Notes under the pieces: model-generated | What the model saw: only the letters and a program-made list of their open reading frames with translations | What the model was told of the DNA's origin: nothing | Database searches by the model: none | Made by a program: the position numbers and the translations under genes | Source of the DNA: Marsupella aquatica | Lineage: Eukaryota > Plantae > Marchantiophyta | NCBI GenBank assembly: GCA_973895155.1 | Contig: OZ316893.1 | Coordinates: 24,169,520-24,233,519 of the forward strand | DNA length: 64,000 bases | Direction: 5' to 3' | Shown here: piece by piece, positions 58,101 to 64,000 of the stretch | Layout of the letters: the number at the start of each line of letters is the position of its first letter | How positions within the stretch are numbered: the stretch's first letter is position 1

Positions 58101-61100
58101 GTGAGCAGGAAATTTTGTCCTACTCACCTAATTTCTTCAAATCAGACGGAAGGAGCAACTGGACTTAGTGACAGGACCGATTTAGATGTCGCTAGGAATG
58201 GGACTGGTAATCAGAACCGGGCAATGAGTAAAGATGAGATCAATTCATTTCGAAGTCGACCTCTATTTACTGCATTTGAAGAGCTGAAACCGCACTATAG
58301 CAGTGCCTCCGATCGAGAAGATAGGGAGTCGATAAATGCGCTCCTTGGTGGTATTGGAGGCTCAACTGATGAGCAAGAAAGTCTTGAATCGTGGGAATCT
58401 TTACAAGCTAGAGATGTAGTAGGGGAGTTTACGGTGGAAGGTAGTTCAACTGCTCAAGCGTGGAAATTGTTTGCTGAGGAGTTTGTGCAACGTTGCCGGA
58501 AAGCAGCTTGGATATTAGATTTGCTACCGGACCTATGTCCTCACTTCAAGCTTGACATCTTGTCAAGCCAACCTGGGGCTTCGACAGCCTCAGTAGTCAA
58601 CCAGTCTCCTGACTCGAGATTTTCTACACTACTTGAGAAACTTGGAGAAGATAGATTTGGTTTAAGTGAGACCTTGGTGAGGGGTATGATTGAGGCTCTT
58701 CCTAGTGCAGACAGTTGTATGGGATATAAATCATTACAGCAAAAAGATCTCTGCTGGAAAGAAGATGATTCGATTGTAAAAGCACCTCCTCAGTCACGGC
58801 TCAGAATAAGGGATAAGGCAAGGAAACATAGGAGAGCACCCGAGGCTTTGAGTGACGAGCAAAATGGAGTTGTAGAACACGTTGAGAACGTTTTGAAAGA
58901 AGAGATTGTTATTTTACCTCCTCCCCCAGTTCCTCAGCGTCCTCCTCCGCCTGCTGGTCAACCCATTGGCAGAAAGTTACCTGCTGAACTGGTTGGCGAT
59001 CTGCTCCAAGTAAGTTTTTTTGCTTCACGTCTTGTTAGTTTGGCTTTCTTTGATTCTCTGCTCTAGTAGGAAGTTTAATGTCTACCGATGTGACTGATCC
59101 CTGTCGTCTGCTTTCTCCTTCTGGCATAGATATGGGAGTTTCTTTGCAGATTTGCTGACGTTATTGGGAGAGCCGAGCCGCTCCTGTTGGAGGACCTTGA
59201 GGAAGGGCTGATTTGTGGCGCAGCAACTGCCCAGAACCATGTTCGCGGTGATTCTATTCATGCAAATGTGGATGAGAATGGAGGAAGCGTCAAGCTGGAG
59301 TCGAACCGAGTAACAATGTTATCAGGTGATGTGGATGTTGCAACCACAGGTCTTGGAAATAGCAATGGTGACACGCGTGAGTCTCCATTGGCCGTGACTA
59401 ATATTCCTCCAAGCTCCCAGCCAAATGGTTCACTCTCGAGTCCAGGGTCTCAGCAGATCTCCAAAGATGGCGTGCAAGAAAAAAATGAAGAGGATGACAG
59501 GAAGTCAGCCTCCGGAAATGTACATGTCGCTCCCAGTCCAGCAGACTGCACCAAACTTGACCAATCTAACGGTGCTGAAGTTTTGAGTAGCGATGCTGAT
59601 CAAACACAAGCTGCCAAACCGCTCATAAGTACAGGATTTTCAACAGCAGGTTCCATCCACGTACCCTTAATGAATTATCTACTGTCTGATCTGCAGTCGA
59701 AAGTCTGTGGTTCAGATGAGGCTCCTGGCGATAACGACGAGTCGAAACCACAGAAACGAGGGAGAAAAAGAGTCCGTGACACGGTGTTACGTCCCGTTCT
59801 CGGCAGGGAGAAGTTGAGTGAATCCTTTTCGGTGAATGACTGGACCTGGCCTGAGATCGCACGTCGCTATATGATTTCAGTTTCCAATCTCGCGAAGATA
59901 GGTGAGATTGCTGAGGATAACACCGAGGAGTGCCTGAAGATTCTACGGTGTATACAAGGCGACGGAGGAGTTCTCTGCGGGGCTCTAGATGGAGTCGCTG
60001 GTATGGAAGTAGATGCCCAGGTGAGCTTTCTTGAAATACCATAGGAGATGATTCAGCAGGTCCTGTAAGTCTCTCAAGTCTGTTTCAGATGAGGTTCTGA
60101 ATGACTAAAAAACCATTTCTATATCATGTACATCATGATGTGTAGTGTCTCCGTATTTTCCTATTCAAACGCAGTGTCTTGTATTGGTGCAGCTACTGGC
60201 AGAAGCAGAGAAGGAGCTGGCAAATGGGTCTCGAGATAATGAGGATAGTCAGACTCCAAACACCCCTCAAGTAACCGCTGGAAAAGACACCATTGCGGGC
60301 GGTAAAGCTCACGATGGAACTGAAGAAAACTGGGTAAAGCTACTGGATCCAATTGCAAAGCTTCCTACGAATGTTGGCTCGCGCATTAGGAATCGTGTCA
60401 GAGATGCACTTGAGGCCGGGCCCCCTGAATGGGCTGTTGAGTTACTTGAACAGTCTATCAGCAAGAAAGTGTACAAAGGAAATGCATCGGGCCCAACAAA
60501 GGTAAGTCTGCCTTGTACAAACCCTGTTAGTTGTGAGCATAATTTACCTGCCTCGTATGTTCCTTTTCCTTGGCCTTGCGGATGTGTAGTAGCTGCCACG
60601 ATAGGACTCACAGCTTCTTGTATGTGGACGTCTGCTAGGCGTCGCATATTTAAGCGGCATGTTTTCAGTTTTCAACTCTCATCGCCATTAAAGTTTTGTA
60701 GTTGCTGGGTTCTGCAACCGCTTAGTGTTATGATAACCTTCCAAAGAACTATTTATGGCTAAGGTGACGTTATCCACTTAATTTATTAGAACTGCTATGT
60801 GCATTTGCGGCTATTATTTATATGCTTTTTATTTCATGATATGGAGTAGGCAATCCCGTTTGTATCTATGTTTGACAGTCCTTGGTTGTGGCTGCAGAGG
60901 ATAGTCATGGACGTCTTGAATAAAGTTCGAGGTGAAGATCCCAAAGTTAAGAAGACAAAGAAACAGCGGAAAAGAGTCGTTCCTTCTCCCGAAGTAGTGA
61001 TGCAAAGATGTCGCATTGTTCTTCGGCAAGTTGCAGGAGCCGACAAAGACCGGATCGTGTCCACGGGGATTGGCACCATAATTACAAATTTTTATGAAAG

Positions 61101-64000
61101 TGAAGGGGAAGGTTTACTTGCTCGGCCGCTTGACTTTCGGGCTATTGATTTGAGACTGGGTGCTGGAGCTTATGGAAGTTCGCCTGCTGCCTTCGCAGCA
61201 GACGTTCGACAGGTATGTCAATCTTCATCCTTATCATGCCTTCCTCTCTTGAGTAACTGTCTGTGTTCACAAGTGTGAGGATCTGCTGAAACGTTATGGA
61301 TGCTGGTGCTCATAATTCCTACGGTCAGTATTAAGATTATCGATCCTGGCCTTTGATGTGTGCAACGTATTGTGCTTAATAACCCAGTTGCGGGTTGTAC
61401 CTGACCAAGAATACCTCTCGATTGCAGATCTGGAAAAATGTTTCAGCAGTTTATGGTAATGATAGTGAAGAATTTCAATCTATTGCTGTTCTATCAGAGC
61501 TCTTTGAGAGCCTCTACAGCAAACAGGTATCGATCAGATTCGTCTTCTCTACTGCGCAGCAACGTAATTCGCTTATGTCATTGTTTTCTACAGTATCAGC
61601 ATGTGAGTAAAACCCTGATGGCAAATTACTGCAATACACGAGTAGTTGAAGTCGTAAGGAAGGACTTGCTTTTGACTACGAGCGTTCTTAAGTAGAAATG
61701 CTTCCGTGTATCTGACTAGTTTCCATTTTGTGTAGGTTGTAACATTTCAAGGAGGCGTTGAGAGCACGGCTGCTTCCGCTGTAGACGGGAAAAATGCTGG
61801 TAGCTCGGGTGAAGCAGCTCCTCAGAATCCCGCAGGAGAGCAACCTCCAGGACAAGACGCTGGAGAAAATGTGAAGGCACCATGGGAGGATGATTCTTGC
61901 CGTATATGTGGAATCGATGATGACCATGACAACGTTCTACTTTGTGATGGCTGCGACGCAGAATATCATATCTATTGCTTAATTCCGCCCCTTCCAGAGG
62001 TCCCTGAAGGGAATTGGTATTGCTCTTCATGTGTGGCCGTTGACAAAGGCTTTTTGGAGGTGGCACCTGCTCCAGAGGTAACCGCAGAAACAAAGGCGGA
62101 GGAAAAGCAAGATGAGGAGCAGGTCCAGCAGAAAGAGGAGGACAATGAGGACGCACCAGAGAAAGAACCGCTGCATAATGGGGACTTGCCAGGGGACCTG
62201 CCTTGGAGGGATCTGGCAATGAAGCTAGCAGTGACGGACTACTGGCACTTAAGTCTGGCTGAAGTAAGTTGGATCTTAATCCTTCAATTTTGTTATCTAT
62301 TGCAGCGAGCCTAACTCTAGGACCGCTTCACATGCTTATCTATATCTCGAGCCGTTGTCCATGTAGCTGAGTTGAGCAGATATCCTCGCTTAGTACTGTT
62401 TTCAAAACCACAATTAATATCCAATTCTTTCGTAGACCTACGTTTAATTGACATGTAAAACTGGGAAATTACAATAATGTCATGTAGTTGCGTGTAAATA
62501 GATGTGTATTACTTGCCAACCTACAGCCTATTATGTCCGCACCAAGTTGATTCCGCATTTCCCAGAAGTAAATTATACAGGTTCGATTGAGGAGATGGTT
62601 ATTGCCTGTGTTAAATTCTCTTACGTTGCCCGGAAGCAGGTGGAGACGACTTGTAGATTGGTCAATGTTTGTAGAGTAGGAAATTACTTCAAACTGCCCG
62701 TTAATTCTGCATTTTCCTCAGATGAATACCTGCTAGCAAGAAATGAGAAGACCTTTGCGTTTTGCTCGTGGACTTGATTTACTTATCACGTTTAACTACG
62801 TTGCAGAGGGTGTGCATGTTGAGGTTTCTCTGTGACCAAGCTTTGGATACGCTCAAAATAAGAATTCGCATTGAGGAGACCATGGATGTAGCTATAGAAC
62901 ACCAAAGCAAATTGCGGCATTTGTTAGCAGAGCGTCGGAGGCATGCTGAATGTGATGAAGCAAGACTCGACTATGCCAAGGACGCCAAAAACGCGTTAGC
63001 ACTTCTGCAGGCTGCAGCTGCCAAAATGAAGCGGCCAAATTTTGAAGTTGCCAATCAGACTGTCACAGACATCATTGACCCGTCTCTAAAAGTTGCTACT
63101 GCAGGAAGTGGGAGTGTAGTGAAAGACCAGAGGGTGCCTCTAGGATGTGATCAACCCTCACCTTCGGTAGGTGCAGCTTGCATAGACTTAAATGTCACAG
63201 GCTCTGCATCTGCCCACTCTGCTGGGCATGATTTATCTCCTCGTAACAGTGAGCACAAAGAGAACGACATCGGCCAAGATCCATCCAACCACAAGTCAGC
63301 TGTTGATGGTGTGGAAAACGATTCTACTACTAACCTAGGGAGCCATAAAGGTGTAGATGGATCTGAAGAGAAGCCCGTACATATTTCAGACGACAGTATC
63401 AGACCATCTGATACACTAAAGCAAGAGGAAACGGCCAGAGATCCTCTGGCAGTAAGGGATGCTCTTGGTTTGGAATCTGAGGTAGGGAAAGTGTCGTTGC
63501 CACGCGGCTTGACCAGTCCTTTGGATGCAGAGATTGCAAAGGCAATAGCCAAGCTGATGACTGTAAATATACGACGAGATTTGTTAGGCAGAGATGATCA
63601 TGGAAGAGCCTATTGGGCCCTTTTTGGGTCCAGAGAAACTCCTTGGTTGGCAGTTGAGGCTGAGGTTGATGCTGATCGCCAGTCTGAAAGCGAGGATAGA
63701 GGCATGGGCACGGACATGGCTGAATCGAGAAAACTAGGCAACGCTGTATTATCTTCTCATGATTTGGAAAACTTAGGCAACGATGAAGTTGAAACAAACC
63801 CAAAGCAAACTCATCATAATGAGTGCGCAGTTGGATCTGTAGATGGTGACGAGTCCCAGAAGAAACCAGAGGATCAGCGTCGGTGGTTTGTGTATTCTGA
63901 TGATGAGGTGTTGGATCAGCTGACTGGCTGGTTGTCACCCTGGAGTTCGCAGGAAAAGGCTCTCAAGGCTTTACTTTTACAATGGAGAAGTTTCCTTTTC
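55171..64000 (+). CDS. MBD9: Methyl-CpG-binding domain protein 9-like (PHD, MBD, FYR, DDT, bromo-like, PHD, WHIM), 3'-truncated; exons 55171-56057, 56198-57650, 57918-59009, 59130-60020, 60193-60501, 60898-61212, 61428-61526, 61736-62263, 62807->64000
   Basis: PHD CAVC..ICDSC..FHVSC..WTCPSC; MBD GWEVEV..YFISPEKQRFRSRLEV; IWPIGYRSTWHD; DDT LLQ|IWEFLCRF; SISKKVYKGNASGPTK; RPLDFRAIDLRL; PHD CRICGIDDDHDNVLLCDGCDAEYH; WHIM RDLLGRDDHGRAYW. Introns are GT-AG. Confidence 0.92.
56871..57055 (+). repeat. 48-bp (16-aa) in-frame tandem repeat within MBD9 exon 2
   Basis: APRLEEKLFNxPDKMS, about 3.8 copies. Confidence 0.9.

Overview
Eukaryotic, intron-containing plant DNA, probably from a non-seed plant such as a bryophyte (inferred from gene style only). 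Positions 1-33 kb are a nest of mobile elements. The oldest is a decayed restriction-like-endonuclease (CRE-type) LINE (27226-~32880). It is interrupted by a ~200-bp MITE, a ~4-kb solo LTR, and a large DNA-transposon region that ends in a CACTA terminus at 27225. That region carries a MULE/SWIM transposase gene and a long, decayed, spliced gene with a Ulp1 protease and three FCP1/NIF phosphatase-like domains. This second gene is split by a young, full-length Athila-like Ty3/Gypsy element (3873-19494, TSD AGGAC). The main finding is that this element's two ~4.7-kb LTRs each consist almost entirely of a >1100-codon gene (plant-mobile-domain/Athila-extra-ORF-like domain plus coiled coil) with its own TATA box. 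The solo LTR at 28091-32057, from a diverged family, carries a homologous gene, which points to a lineage with gene-bearing LTRs. The element also has a G_GAU_UUU slippery site with a pseudoknot between protease and RT, and a PPT copy near its centre. The rest of the window holds a 4-exon CYP71-clan cytochrome P450, decayed repeats and MITEs, and the 5' part of an MBD9-like chromatin gene.
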